Shown: positions 20,368-29,812 of the stretch, piece after piece | Position numbering within the stretch: position 1 is the stretch's first letter | Layout: every line of letters starts with the position of its first letter | The notes under the pieces: generated by a model | What the model was told of the DNA's origin: nothing | What the model saw: only the letters and a program-made list of their open reading frames with translations | Database searches by the model: none | Translations under genes and position numbers: made by a program | Assembly (NCBI GenBank): GCA_949289935.1 | Contig: CASEQD010000003.1 | Location: 8,816 to 72,815 of the forward strand | Reading direction: 5' to 3' | DNA length: 64,000 bases | Source: an uncultured Pseudomonadota bacterium | GTDB lineage: Bacteria > Pseudomonadota > Alphaproteobacteria > RF32 > CAG-239

Positions 20368-21199
20368 TTTTTATGCCCAACGCCATTTCGTAAATTTCAT
20401 TTTTATTAGCGCCATATTCTTCGACAATTTCCTTTACGGCGCTTTTCAAGCTTGCGGTTTGCAGCTTCTGCCTCAGCTGATTTTGCATTTCCGCCCGGGA
20501 AATTTCCGTCGTTTCTTCCTCTGCCGGCGCAATCATAAGAACCATTTCCCCTTTTGCTCCCCGTTCCGAAAAATGCCTGATGAGTTCTTCAGCCGTTCCG
20601 GTGATGCATTCTTCATAAATTTTTGAAATTTCCCGGGCAACGGCCATTTCTCTTCCGCCCAAAACTTCCTGCGCCGTTTCAAGCGTTTTGACAATCCGAC
20701 CGGCTGTTTCGTAAAAAACAACCGTCGCTTTAAGGTTTTTTATTTCGAGAAAAGCATCCTGCCGCGCTTTGTCTTTAACAGGAAGAAAACCGGCAAACAA
20801 AAAACGATTGGTGGGCAGGCCGGAAAGCTGTAAGGCACAAATCAGCGCGCAGCATCCCGGAATCGTTGTTATAAAAATGTTTTCGTCCCGACAGGCCCGA
20901 ATCAGTTTATATCCCGGATCGGAAATCAGCGGCGATCCGGCATCACTTATCAGAGCAACGCTTTTGTTTTCGTCTTTAATGACCGAGATTATTTTTTTGA
21001 GATGCCGGTCTTCATTATGATCATGAAGCGTTATAAATGTTTTGTTCAGACTTATTCCCAAAAGAGACAAAAGTTTTTTGCTTATTCTTGTATCTTCGCA
21101 GGCAATAACATCCGCATTGTGCAGTGTTTCCACCGCACGGGGAGAAATGTCCCCCATGTTTCCTATCGGCGTGGCGACAATGTATAATCCGCTTTTCAT
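20357..21199 (-). CDS. rsmI: 16S rRNA (cytidine1402-2'-O)-methyltransferase RsmI
   Basis: LYIVATPIGN N-terminus and a tetrapyrrole-methylase fold; 280 aa. Confidence 0.9.
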   Translation of the reverse strand: MKSGLYIVATPIGNMGDISPRAVETLHNADVIACEDTRISKKLLSLLGISLNKTFITLHDHNEDRHLKKIISVIKDENKSVALISDAGSPLISDPGYKLIRACRDENIFITTIPGCCALICALQLSGLPTNRFLFAGFLPVKDKARQDAFLEIKNLKATVVFYETAGRIVKTLETAQEVLGGREMAVAREISKIYEECITGTAEELIRHFSERGAKGEMVLMIAPAEEETTEISRAEMQNQLRQKLQTASLKSAVKEIVEEYGANKNEIYEMALGIKNEK

Positions 21200-21274
21200 G
21201 TTTTGTTCTTTACAATCCGTTTTTTTTATTCTAAATCTGTATTATAGGTTTAGAATGGTGTTTTTCGGGGTAAA

Positions 21275-22786
21275 ATGCAAGTGTTAAAAAAATATGCTTT
21301 TGTTTTTTTGGGCATGATGGCGGCAGGATGCAGCTCAACGCAACAGGAGGCGCCTGCCATTACAGGGTATGTTCCGTCGGCAGAATACAGCCAAGACGCT
21401 CTTTCCGGCAGTATTGACCTGGTTAACAGAAATCTTGTTCAGGACGGAAATTTCCGGGTGGGAATGTTGCTGCCGCTGACCGGAAAAGCTTCAAAATACG
21501 GACAAGGTTTGAAAAACGCCGCTTTGATGGCGCTGGATGATGTACAGAATGACCGTCTTATTTTGCAATTTTATGACACACAAAGTACTCCCAGCGGTGC
21601 AAGAGTGGCTGTCGAAAATGCCATCGCCCAAAATGCCGGGTTGATTATCGGGCCGTTGATGAGTTCTTCCGTCAGCGCCATCAAAGATGAAACAACTTAT
21701 AAAGATATTCCCGTTATTGCTTTTTCAACAGACAAAAATATTTTGGAACCCGAAGTTTATACGCTCGGCCTGCTTATTGATGAACAAGTCAACAGAATTA
21801 TCAGTTATGCCGCCGCCCAAAAACGTTCGCGTTTTGCCTTACTGCTGCCAGACAACCAAACAGGATTGTCCATTGCACGCGCCGCGGTCAAGGCCGCCAT
21901 GGAAAACAATGTAGAAATCACACGTATTTCTTTTTATACTCCGGAAACGACAAATTTTTCCGAACCGGTTAAGGCTTTGACTGATTTTGATGTCAGAAGC
22001 CAGCGGTTGAAAAAAATCAGAAATCAGCTGACGCTTCAGGCAAATTCCGGAAGCGTAAATGCCAAACAGGCATTGAAAAGAATGGAGAGAATTCAGGCTT
22101 TGGGCGATGTGGATTTTGATGCGGTGCTTATTCCGGAATCCGGCGCCCGTTTGAGATCGGCATTTTCGATGTTCGGATATTATGACGTTTATGCCCCAAA
22201 AGTTAAGTTTCTGGGAACCACGGTATGGGAAAATACCAGCTTAAACCGGGAAACAATGGCTTCGGGGGCATGGTATCCGGCTTTATCCCGAACCCACGGC
22301 GATTATTTTTCAAGAAAATATAAAGAACTTTTCGGTGAAAATCCGCAAAGTCTGTATTCTCTGGCTTATGACGCCGTTGCTTTAGCTGCTTCCCTGTCAG
22401 CAAAAGAGGCCGGGGAATTGAATACTTTTATTGCCGCACCTGAAGGATATATCGGCATAAACGGTTTGTTCAGGCTCTTTCCCGACGGAACCAACGAGCA
22501 CAGTCTTGATATTGTAGAAATTACCGAAAACGGCGATAAGGTTATTCAGTCCGCCCCGCAAAAATTTTCGTCCCTCAATTTTCAGACTCAAGGCGACAAT
22601 ACGCTTTTGATAACGCCGGATTATAAAGCACCCAAGATTTTCGGAAAGAATGCCGACGCGGTTCAAACCTTTATTTTCGGAAAAGTTTTGGAAGAAGACA
22701 ACCAACCGGAAGAAGAAACGGATCCTGCCGAAGAAATGGAAATTATCCGTAAATCTCTTAAAGAACTGAATGTGGTCGTTCCTTAA
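21275..22786 (+). CDS. Lipoprotein with periplasmic ligand-binding fold, LpoA-like penicillin-binding-protein activator
   Basis: Lipobox AAGCSS and Peripla_BP type-1 pattern. Divergent from rsmI, as lpoA is in enterics. Confidence 0.5.
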   Translation: MQVLKKYAFVFLGMMAAGCSSTQQEAPAITGYVPSAEYSQDALSGSIDLVNRNLVQDGNFRVGMLLPLTGKASKYGQGLKNAALMALDDVQNDRLILQFYDTQSTPSGARVAVENAIAQNAGLIIGPLMSSSVSAIKDETTYKDIPVIAFSTDKNILEPEVYTLGLLIDEQVNRIISYAAAQKRSRFALLLPDNQTGLSIARAAVKAAMENNVEITRISFYTPETTNFSEPVKALTDFDVRSQRLKKIRNQLTLQANSGSVNAKQALKRMERIQALGDVDFDAVLIPESGARLRSAFSMFGYYDVYAPKVKFLGTTVWENTSLNRETMASGAWYPALSRTHGDYFSRKYKELFGENPQSLYSLAYDAVALAASLSAKEAGELNTFIAAPEGYIGINGLFRLFPDGTNEHSLDIVEITENGDKVIQSAPQKFSSLNFQTQGDNTLLITPDYKAPKIFGKNADAVQTFIFGKVLEEDNQPEEETDPAEEMEIIRKSLKELNVVVP

Positions 22787-22837
22787 AAAATAATTGATTT
22801 TTTCTTCGGAAAATAATAGTATTTCGGGGAAAAGTCC

Positions 22838-22932
22838 GATGGAGGGCAGTGGGTTAATTATTCGCCAATCCGGTCAGGTTCGGAAGAAAGCAGCCGTAAC
22901 GAACCAATTAAGGTCAGTGTCCCTCCGCCTTA
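22838..22932 (+). ncRNA. ffs: Signal recognition particle RNA (4.5S, ffs)
   Basis: Conserved domain IV sequence CCGGUCAGGUUCGGAAGAAAGCAGCC, closed by the GGAGGGCAGUG...CAGUGUCCCUCC helix. Sits in the classical position immediately upstream of dnaX. Confidence 0.75.
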
Positions 22933-22953
22933 GTAATTTTTGTAAAGATTTTT

Positions 22954-24699
22954 TTGATGGCTGAAGACGAAAACAAAGACAACCAGTATGTTATTCTGGC
23001 GCGAAAGTACCGCCCGCAGACGTTTGAAGATTTGCTCGGGCAGGATGCTCTGGTGCAAACATTGACTAACGCCATTAAAAACAACCGGCTTCATCACGCT
23101 TATATTTTGACAGGAATCCGCGGGGTTGGAAAAACATCAACCGCCAGAATTATTGCCAAGGCATTAAATTGTACGGGAATCGACGGTAAGGGAGGACCGA
23201 CGGTTCATCCCTGCGGGGTATGCGAAAACTGCAAAGCAATTACGGCCGGACGGCATATTGATGTTTTGGAGCTTGACGCCGCATCCCGTACCGGTGTTGA
23301 CGACATCAGAGAAATATTGGACGGTGTTCGCTATAAACCGACGAATGCCCGTTATAAAATATATATTATCGATGAAGTTCATATGCTGTCGAAAAATGCT
23401 TTTAATGCTTTGTTGAAAACGTTGGAAGAGCCTCCTTCTCACGTAAAGTTTATTTTTGCCACGACAGAAATCAGAAAAGTTCCCGTTACCATTCTTTCAC
23501 GCTGTCAACGATTTGATTTGCAGCGTCTGAGAATCGACGAGCTGATGAAAATGTTTCATAAAATTATTGCCGCAGAAGGCTTGAAGGCTGATGAAGAAGC
23601 TTTGCAGCTTCTGGCCAGAGCCGCCGACGGTTCGGCGCGCGATGCGACTTCTTTGCTAGATCAGGCCATATCTCTCGGTGTGGGAAATGTTAAGCTTGAT
23701 GTGGTAAAAAATATGATCGGCTTAGCCGATAAAACCCAAAATTTCGAATTATTTGAACATTTGGTTGCCGGAAACACAGATAAGGTTTTGGCGCTTTTGG
23801 ACAGTCAGTACAAAAACGGCGCCAATCCGATTACCATTTTACAGGATCTGATAAATATCACGCATTTGGCGGCAAAAACCAGAATCATTCCTTCATCTGT
23901 CGATGATCCGGCGGTTTCGGAAGAAGAGAAAGAATTTGCCAAGAGGATGGCCGGCAGTGTATCAATTGCCATTTTATCAAAAATCTGGCAAATGATGATT
24001 AAGGGGATTAGCGAGCTTCAAATTGCTCCGCAGCAAATTGACGCATTGGAGATGATTTTAATCAGAATCGCCTATGCCGCTCATCTTCCCACGCCGTATG
24101 AAATTTTAAACGACGTAAAAAAAAACTCTAATTTAAGCCCGCTGAAAGCCAATTTTGTTTTGCCGCCACAAACGGCCGCGGCAAGGGAAATTTCTTCTCC
24201 TGCCCCGAAAAAGCCGGCTTTGTTCGAACAAAACAGTCCGGAATCGTTTAAAAATATCAAAACCATTGAAGATTTTATCCGTTATTTGGAAGAAACAAAA
24301 AAACTGCTTGTTCTTTATTCTTTCAAAAACGATCTTTCCGTTGAACGTTTTGAAGACGGTTTTATTGAGATGACCGTTTCGGAAAAAATAAATCAGGATT
24401 ATGTTTTGTCCCTGCATAAAATTCTGGAAAAAGCTACCGGAAAGAAGTGGAAGATTGACATTCGCCGGGGAAATCCCGGGCAGACTCTGGCTCAAAAAGA
24501 AAATGCCAAAACGGAAGAAGAAAAAAGAAATATTATGGAATATCCTTTGGTGAAAGCTATTATGGCGGAATTTAAAGGAGCAAAAATTGAAACTCTCACC
24601 CGTAAATTTACCGAAGAAACCGAAGAAGAAGACAGTTCTTCTTTTGTGACGGAAGAAAACGACTTTAATTATACAGACAACAACGAAGACGAGGATTAA
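22954..24699 (+). CDS. dnaX: DNA polymerase III subunits gamma/tau
   Basis: Walker A GIRGVGKTST, DEVHML, the SRC sensor motif, and a Zn-module of Cys residues. Confidence 0.95.
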   Translation: MMAEDENKDNQYVILARKYRPQTFEDLLGQDALVQTLTNAIKNNRLHHAYILTGIRGVGKTSTARIIAKALNCTGIDGKGGPTVHPCGVCENCKAITAGRHIDVLELDAASRTGVDDIREILDGVRYKPTNARYKIYIIDEVHMLSKNAFNALLKTLEEPPSHVKFIFATTEIRKVPVTILSRCQRFDLQRLRIDELMKMFHKIIAAEGLKADEEALQLLARAADGSARDATSLLDQAISLGVGNVKLDVVKNMIGLADKTQNFELFEHLVAGNTDKVLALLDSQYKNGANPITILQDLINITHLAAKTRIIPSSVDDPAVSEEEKEFAKRMAGSVSIAILSKIWQMMIKGISELQIAPQQIDALEMILIRIAYAAHLPTPYEILNDVKKNSNLSPLKANFVLPPQTAAAREISSPAPKKPALFEQNSPESFKNIKTIEDFIRYLEETKKLLVLYSFKNDLSVERFEDGFIEMTVSEKINQDYVLSLHKILEKATGKKWKIDIRRGNPGQTLAQKENAKTEEEKRNIMEYPLVKAIMAEFKGAKIETLTRKFTEETEEEDSSSFVTEENDFNYTDNNEDED

Positions 24700-24705
24700 A
24701 AAAAC

Positions 24706-25026
24706 ATGCTTAATATTCAGGGAATTATGAAACAAGCACAAGCCATGCAGAAAAAAATGGAAGAAATGCAAAACAAGCTTGCCCAGGAAGAAGTTTCCGG
24801 CGTCAGCGGCGGCGGATTGGTTAAGGTAACGATGAATGGAAAATTTGAAATAAAAAAGGTTGAAATTGACAAGTCGTTGATGGTTGCCGACGAAGTTGAC
24901 ATTCTGGAGGATTTAATCGCCGCAGCCGGAAACGATGCCAAAAACAAAGTCGAATCGATGATGGGCGAAAGTATGAAAGACGCTACCGGCGGACTGAATA
25001 TTCCCGGATTGAAACTTCCGTTTTAG
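24706..25026 (+). CDS. ybaB: Nucleoid-associated protein YbaB/EbfC
   Basis: 106 aa with MKQAQAMQ...GGGLVKVTMNG. Confidence 0.9.
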   Translation: MLNIQGIMKQAQAMQKKMEEMQNKLAQEEVSGVSGGGLVKVTMNGKFEIKKVEIDKSLMVADEVDILEDLIAAAGNDAKNKVESMMGESMKDATGGLNIPGLKLPF

Positions 25027-25036
25027 CGAGGGAATC

Positions 25037-25633
25037 GTGGCCGGAAAAGACATAGAAAAACTAATCAAGCTGGTAGCCAAACTGCCGGCGCTGGGAACCA
25101 GATCTTCCCGCAGAATTGTTTTGCAGCTGCTGAAAAAAAAGGAATCGCTTTTTCTGCCTTTGATTGATGCAATGCAAAATGTTGCCGATAATATCAAAGT
25201 CTGTGATATCTGTGGTAATTATGACACGGAATCGCCCTGCTCCATTTGTGCTTCAACAACCCGGGACGCTCATCAGCTTTGCGTTGTTCAGGACGTGGCC
25301 GATTTATGGGCAATGGAGCGTGTTTCAATGTTTAAGGGAAAATATCATGTGCTGGGCGGAATTTTATCCGCTTTAGACGGTGTATCACCGGAAGATTTGA
25401 ATATTGAAAAACTTTTTTTGAGAATCGAAGAAGAAAATATCAGTGAAATTATTCTGGCTCTGCCGGCTACGATTGACGGGCAGATTACTTCAAACTATCT
25501 GCTTCAGCAGCTGAAAGATTCCGGCGTTAAAGTTACAACGCTTGCACAGGGAATTCCCATGGGAGCCGAGCTTGATTATATGGATGAAGGAACCATTCAG
25601 CTGGCGTTGAATTCACGAAAGGTTTTATCATGA
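25037..25633 (+). CDS. recR: Recombination protein RecR
   Basis: C4 zinc finger CDICGN...CSIC, plus Toprim and Walker-B-like regions. Confidence 0.95.
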   Translation: MAGKDIEKLIKLVAKLPALGTRSSRRIVLQLLKKKESLFLPLIDAMQNVADNIKVCDICGNYDTESPCSICASTTRDAHQLCVVQDVADLWAMERVSMFKGKYHVLGGILSALDGVSPEDLNIEKLFLRIEEENISEIILALPATIDGQITSNYLLQQLKDSGVKVTTLAQGIPMGAELDYMDEGTIQLALNSRKVLS

Positions 25634-26403
25634 AAAAATATGACGCGGCCATTCCTCTCGGAAATTTCTGTTCAGCCTCTTTTCATTTGAGGCATAATGG
25701 TTTGCAGGTTGAATCTTATCCGTTTGACTGGGTGGGATTTGACAGCGTGGTTATTCCGGCAACGCTGATTGCCAATGGTTTTAAAGATTTTTTTGTTCCG
25801 GAACGTTTGGAACGGGTTGAGGGAGAAAACGGCAACCATCTGCCTTATATTCAATATCCGGAACATTATCTGTTTTATCATTGCGTAGAAAAGGATTTGC
25901 CTTTTGAAGAGGCTTGTCAAAAGGCCAAAGCTATGTTTGAGCGTCGGATTGCCCGTTTATATGAGCATCTTGAAAAGGCTCGCAACATTTTATTTTTGAA
26001 TGCCAGCAATGATTCCGTCAGGGAAGAAGAAGCCATTGAAGCTCTGGAAATTTTGCAAAAAAAATTTCCCGGCAAGAATATAGACCTTATTGTTGTGGAT
26101 ATGAAGCCGGATTATCACAATTTGGAAATTAAGGAACTCAATGAGCATATTACTTTTGCCAAGCTGAATTTTCATAACAAAAAAAATGAATATTCCGACA
26201 GAAAAGAAGAATTTCAGATTTTGTTAAAAAACCGGAAATTAGCCTCGCAAAAAGAAGTTATCAGGCTTCGTCTGCATCGGAAATTTTTTGCGCTTAAGAG
26301 AGTTCTGGTCAATGCGCTTTGCTGCCTTATTCCGATAAAAAAAGCGAGAAAAGCCATTCGCAAAAAAATGCAGATTTCAACACAGGATTTTAATCATAAT
26401 TAA
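25630..26403 (+). CDS. Hypothetical protein with conserved N-terminal LGNFCSAS motif and a basic C-terminal tail (LCCLIPIKKARKAIRKK)
   Basis: 257 aa, no transmembrane segment. Shares the terminal basic motif with three sugar-modification proteins at 33.3-36.1 kb. Possibly DUF1796-like (from memory only). Confidence 0.4.
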   Translation: MKKYDAAIPLGNFCSASFHLRHNGLQVESYPFDWVGFDSVVIPATLIANGFKDFFVPERLERVEGENGNHLPYIQYPEHYLFYHCVEKDLPFEEACQKAKAMFERRIARLYEHLEKARNILFLNASNDSVREEEAIEALEILQKKFPGKNIDLIVVDMKPDYHNLEIKELNEHITFAKLNFHNKKNEYSDRKEEFQILLKNRKLASQKEVIRLRLHRKFFALKRVLVNALCCLIPIKKARKAIRKKMQISTQDFNHN

Positions 26404-26499
26404 AAATATGGGCGGAATATAAAAATTCCGCTCTTTTTATGTTTCCGATGCGGTTCTATAAAAATATTCTTTATTTTTTAACTTGTTTCCGCTATACTG

Positions 26500-26733
26500 T
26501 TTTTATGCGGTTGAATTGGCCGCTGAGGGCGTGACAACCCTTTATTCACATAGTCGTCGGCATAAACGACTTAAAATAAGAGTATGCTGATATCTGCTAT
26601 TTATGGGCGGATGTCAGCGTTATAAGGCTTTGCACGAAGACGCTGAGCCATTTATGTGAATATGGTTGTCAACATCCGTCCTCCTTTCCGGGAGGATTTT
26701 TTTGTTTTAACTAAAAAACAAGGATGTTGTAAC
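26500..26733 (+). promoter_or_regulatory. Structured 5' leader with intrinsic terminator and alternative antiterminator pairing (riboswitch/attenuator-like)
   Basis: Long-range helix TTATTCACATA (26538-26548) with TATGTGAATA (26655-26664). Internal hairpins GTCGT...ACGAC and GCTGATATC...GGATGTCAGC. Terminator UCCUCC-UUUCCG-GGAGGA plus U7 at about 26679-26705. The GGUUGUCAACAUCC strand can alternatively pair with GGAUGUUGUAAC overlapping the start codon region. Confidence 0.45.
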
Positions 26734-27642
26734 ATGAATACGAATTTCAAATTTTTATTTTCAGGGGCGGGATTGTTTTTAATTCCGCTGGCGGCTTCTG
26801 CACAATGCATAGCAACAACTGATTGTGCCACGTTAGGTTATACTGAAACATCTTGCCCAAACGGCAAAGGTATTAAATGTCCCTTTGGCGATACTTGGGC
26901 TTGTCCGACAACAGAAACAGAATTTTGCGAAAAATATGGTTTCAAATATGACTGTTCCGGTTCCGGATATAAAGGCGGCGGGGAGAGCTCCTGTAATGGG
27001 AAATATGCTTTTTGCAACTGCCAGAACGGATATGAATGGAAAGATGGAAAATGCCAGAGAAAAAGCATGATAGAAACTTCTTTGGGATATTGTTCCGGTT
27101 ATGCCAAGTTTTGCCGACTAGGTCAGTTGTTGAACAGCGACGGAACATGTACAGATAAAGAAGAACCCAATAAAAAACCAATCGGAACCGTAGCTTATAT
27201 TAGTGTTGAAGGCTGCGGACAAGCCATTGCTCCCGTAACATCAGCAGCATGGTCGACCGTAGATAACGAAACGGGCGCTTTTTCAACTATTTCTGCCGAA
27301 GAGGCCTGGAATGATTTTGACAGTTGCGGCAATACACAAAAAATTATTCAAAATGGAGATAAAAGTAAATATCCGGCGGCTTGGGCTGCTGTTGACTATG
27401 CTCCGGAAAATGCTCCGGAAACAAAAGGATTATGGTGTCTTCCCGCTGCCGGAGTATTTCATCATATGTATGAAAACAGAAATGTTTTTACAGATGACTG
27501 GTATTCCCGATGGTCGTCAACAGAATCTTCAGCATGGAATGCCTGGGAACTGGAATTTGATGATAAATACGGAACAGGAGGGATTGTCAGCTCTCGAAAA
27601 GATAATGGCAACCGTGAGGTTTGGGCCGTTATTGAATTTTAA
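26734..27642 (+). CDS. Secreted Cys-rich protein (the ORF track starts at 26656; real start MNTNFKF with AAGGA RBS)
   Basis: Signal peptide LFLIPLAASA; more than 25 Cys; repeated GYEWKDGKCQ-type modules; C-terminal VIEF. Paralogue of 16104-16886. Confidence 0.6.
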   Translation: MNTNFKFLFSGAGLFLIPLAASAQCIATTDCATLGYTETSCPNGKGIKCPFGDTWACPTTETEFCEKYGFKYDCSGSGYKGGGESSCNGKYAFCNCQNGYEWKDGKCQRKSMIETSLGYCSGYAKFCRLGQLLNSDGTCTDKEEPNKKPIGTVAYISVEGCGQAIAPVTSAAWSTVDNETGAFSTISAEEAWNDFDSCGNTQKIIQNGDKSKYPAAWAAVDYAPENAPETKGLWCLPAAGVFHHMYENRNVFTDDWYSRWSSTESSAWNAWELEFDDKYGTGGIVSSRKDNGNREVWAVIEF

Positions 27643-27694
27643 CTTTAATGATTTTAAGGCAGGTTTTACAACCTGCCTTGTTTTTTCTTTTGCC

Positions 27695-28426
27695 TTATTC
27701 AATATTGTCAATCAGACGATCGAGGTCTGCCCGTTCGGCACTGTTATAGCCGTCAAATTCTTCTTTGACTTTTTCTTTTGCTTTCTTTTTGACATTTTCT
27801 ATTTTCGGCTTGGCCAATTTTTCAAAAAGTTCATCACCTTCTTTGGCGCCGTCTTTTCTTTCTTCAATTTTTATTTTTTCTATATCTTCGGGCTTATCTT
27901 CTTTCAAAAACTCGGAATTTTGCGCTTTACTCTTGATATTTTCCAAAGTTGTTTCGGGAATAAGATCTTCAATCGGTTTGGCAAAATTTCCCGCCAAGTT
28001 AAAATAGCGCGATTCACGGAAAAAAGGAGACTGTTTTTCTTTGGGAACAATCCAGCTGATGAGAATATTTAATAAAATTACAAGCAGGCAGGCTCTGACA
28101 ATGCCGAAGAATAATCCCAGCATCCGGTCCAGATTGCTCAGTTTGCTGGAACGTACTTTGCCGACAAGTTTTGCCGTTAAGAGAATCCAAAAAACAAGAA
28201 AAACTATCAGAATAACAACAGATGTTAAAATTCCGGCCATGGTGCCGTTTTTGACATAGTTTTCCGTAATGGGGTTAAGAATCGGCAGAAGATAGATTAT
28301 TGCCATACAGGCCAGCACCCAGCCGACAATAGACAGAACTTCTTTAAGCAATCCCCTGCTTAATGCAATTAATGCCGAAATACCAACAATAATTAAAATC
28401 ACGACATCCAGATTATTCAGCTGCAT
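27695..28426 (-). CDS. cvpA: CvpA-family membrane protein
   Basis: N-terminal four-TM CvpA-like region with a charged C-terminal tail. Confidence 0.7.
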   Translation of the reverse strand: MQLNNLDVVILIIVGISALIALSRGLLKEVLSIVGWVLACMAIIYLLPILNPITENYVKNGTMAGILTSVVILIVFLVFWILLTAKLVGKVRSSKLSNLDRMLGLFFGIVRACLLVILLNILISWIVPKEKQSPFFRESRYFNLAGNFAKPIEDLIPETTLENIKSKAQNSEFLKEDKPEDIEKIKIEERKDGAKEGDELFEKLAKPKIENVKKKAKEKVKEEFDGYNSAERADLDRLIDNIE

Positions 28427-28436
28427 GGTAAATTCC

Positions 28437-29810
28437 TCAGTTAAACCAGTTTATGAGACGTTGAACATTGCCAATCTCATGGATGGACATTTCAACACGA
28501 TTGTTTTTTTTCTCCCGGGCGGCAAAATTAGCCGGAATAATGGCGCTTTTAAACCCCAGTTTATAAGCTTCCTTCAAACGGGATGACGGCTGACTGACAG
28601 CCCGGATTTCACCCGATAACCCAATTTCGCCGAAAATAACCGCATCTGCCGGTAAAGGCTTATTGGTCATTGATGAAATGACAGCCATCGCTACGGCCAA
28701 ATCTGCCGCCGGTTCGGATATTTTCAACCCGCCGGCTATGTTCAGATAAATATCCTGTGAACTCAAATTCATCCCGCAGCGGGCTTCCAATACGGCCAAA
28801 ACCATTGACAAACGATTAGAATCCCAGCCGACAACCGCTCTTTTGGGACTGGCATAACTGGTCGGGCAAACCAAAGCCTGTATTTCAACCAAAACCGGGC
28901 GGGATCCTTCTATGCCGGCAAAAACACACGAGCCTGAGATGTTGCCCTGTCTTTCCGCCAGAAAGAGCGCCGAAGGGTTTTCCACTTCTATCAATCCCTG
29001 ATCCTGCATTTCAAAAACACCGATTTCATCCGTGGCTCCATAGCGGTTTTTGACCGCCCTTAAAATGCGAAAATGATGTCCTCTTTCACCTTCAAAATAG
29101 AGAACCGTGTCGACCATATGCTCTAAAACGCGCGGACCGGCTATGGCTCCCTGTTTGGTTACGTGTCCTACCAGGAACAAAACAAAACCTTTCCGTTTGG
29201 CCAGCTTTATCAATTCATAAGCACATGCCCGAACCTGAGCAACGCTTCCCGGCGTGGACTCCACCTCTTCCAGATACATCGTTTGGATAGAATCGATGAT
29301 AACCACCGCTGCCCGGGATTTTTCCAAAGTGGTTATAATATCTTTTACTTCCGTCGCACTGGCAAGATTAACCGGAGATTGTTCCAGATGCAGCCGTTTG
29401 GCGCGGATGCGCACCTGATCAATAGCTTCTTCTCCGGAAATATAATAACATTCTCGACGTTCCGGCGCAGAAGCAATGCTGGCTGAAACCTGAAGCAGCA
29501 AAGTTGATTTTCCAATTCCGGGATCGCCGCCAACAAGGATAACCGATCCCGGCACCAATCCGCCGCCGCAAACCCGGTCAAGCTCTTTAATACCGGTTTT
29601 GATTCTGTCCAAAACTTTTTCTTCACCGTAAAGAGGAACGAAATCTATTATTTTTCCCTTCTTTTTGGGGGCAATGTTTGAAAAACCTTCTCCTCCGGAT
29701 TTTTCTTCCGCAATTGTATTCCATTCCCCGCAGGCATCGCACTTTCCCTGCCATTTGGGATAAACAGCCCCGCAGTTTTGACAGACGAATTCGCTCCCTT
29801 TTTTAGACAA
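28437..29810 (-). CDS. radA: DNA repair protein RadA/Sms
   Basis: C4 zinc finger CQNCGAVYPKWQGKCDACGEW, RecA-like Walker A GDPGIGKST, KNRYG, and a Lon-like C-terminal domain. Confidence 0.95.
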   Translation of the reverse strand: MSKKGSEFVCQNCGAVYPKWQGKCDACGEWNTIAEEKSGGEGFSNIAPKKKGKIIDFVPLYGEEKVLDRIKTGIKELDRVCGGGLVPGSVILVGGDPGIGKSTLLLQVSASIASAPERRECYYISGEEAIDQVRIRAKRLHLEQSPVNLASATEVKDIITTLEKSRAAVVIIDSIQTMYLEEVESTPGSVAQVRACAYELIKLAKRKGFVLFLVGHVTKQGAIAGPRVLEHMVDTVLYFEGERGHHFRILRAVKNRYGATDEIGVFEMQDQGLIEVENPSALFLAERQGNISGSCVFAGIEGSRPVLVEIQALVCPTSYASPKRAVVGWDSNRLSMVLAVLEARCGMNLSSQDIYLNIAGGLKISEPAADLAVAMAVISSMTNKPLPADAVIFGEIGLSGEIRAVSQPSSRLKEAYKLGFKSAIIPANFAAREKKNNRVEMSIHEIGNVQRLINWFN

Positions 29811-29812
29811 GG

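Noticed and set aside
26656-26733. N-terminal extension of the Cys-rich ORF in the track (MNMVVNIRPPFREDFFVLTKKQGCC)
   Set aside because: This stretch contains the intrinsic terminator hairpin and the RBS. The true start is MNTNFKF at 26734 with a signal peptide.
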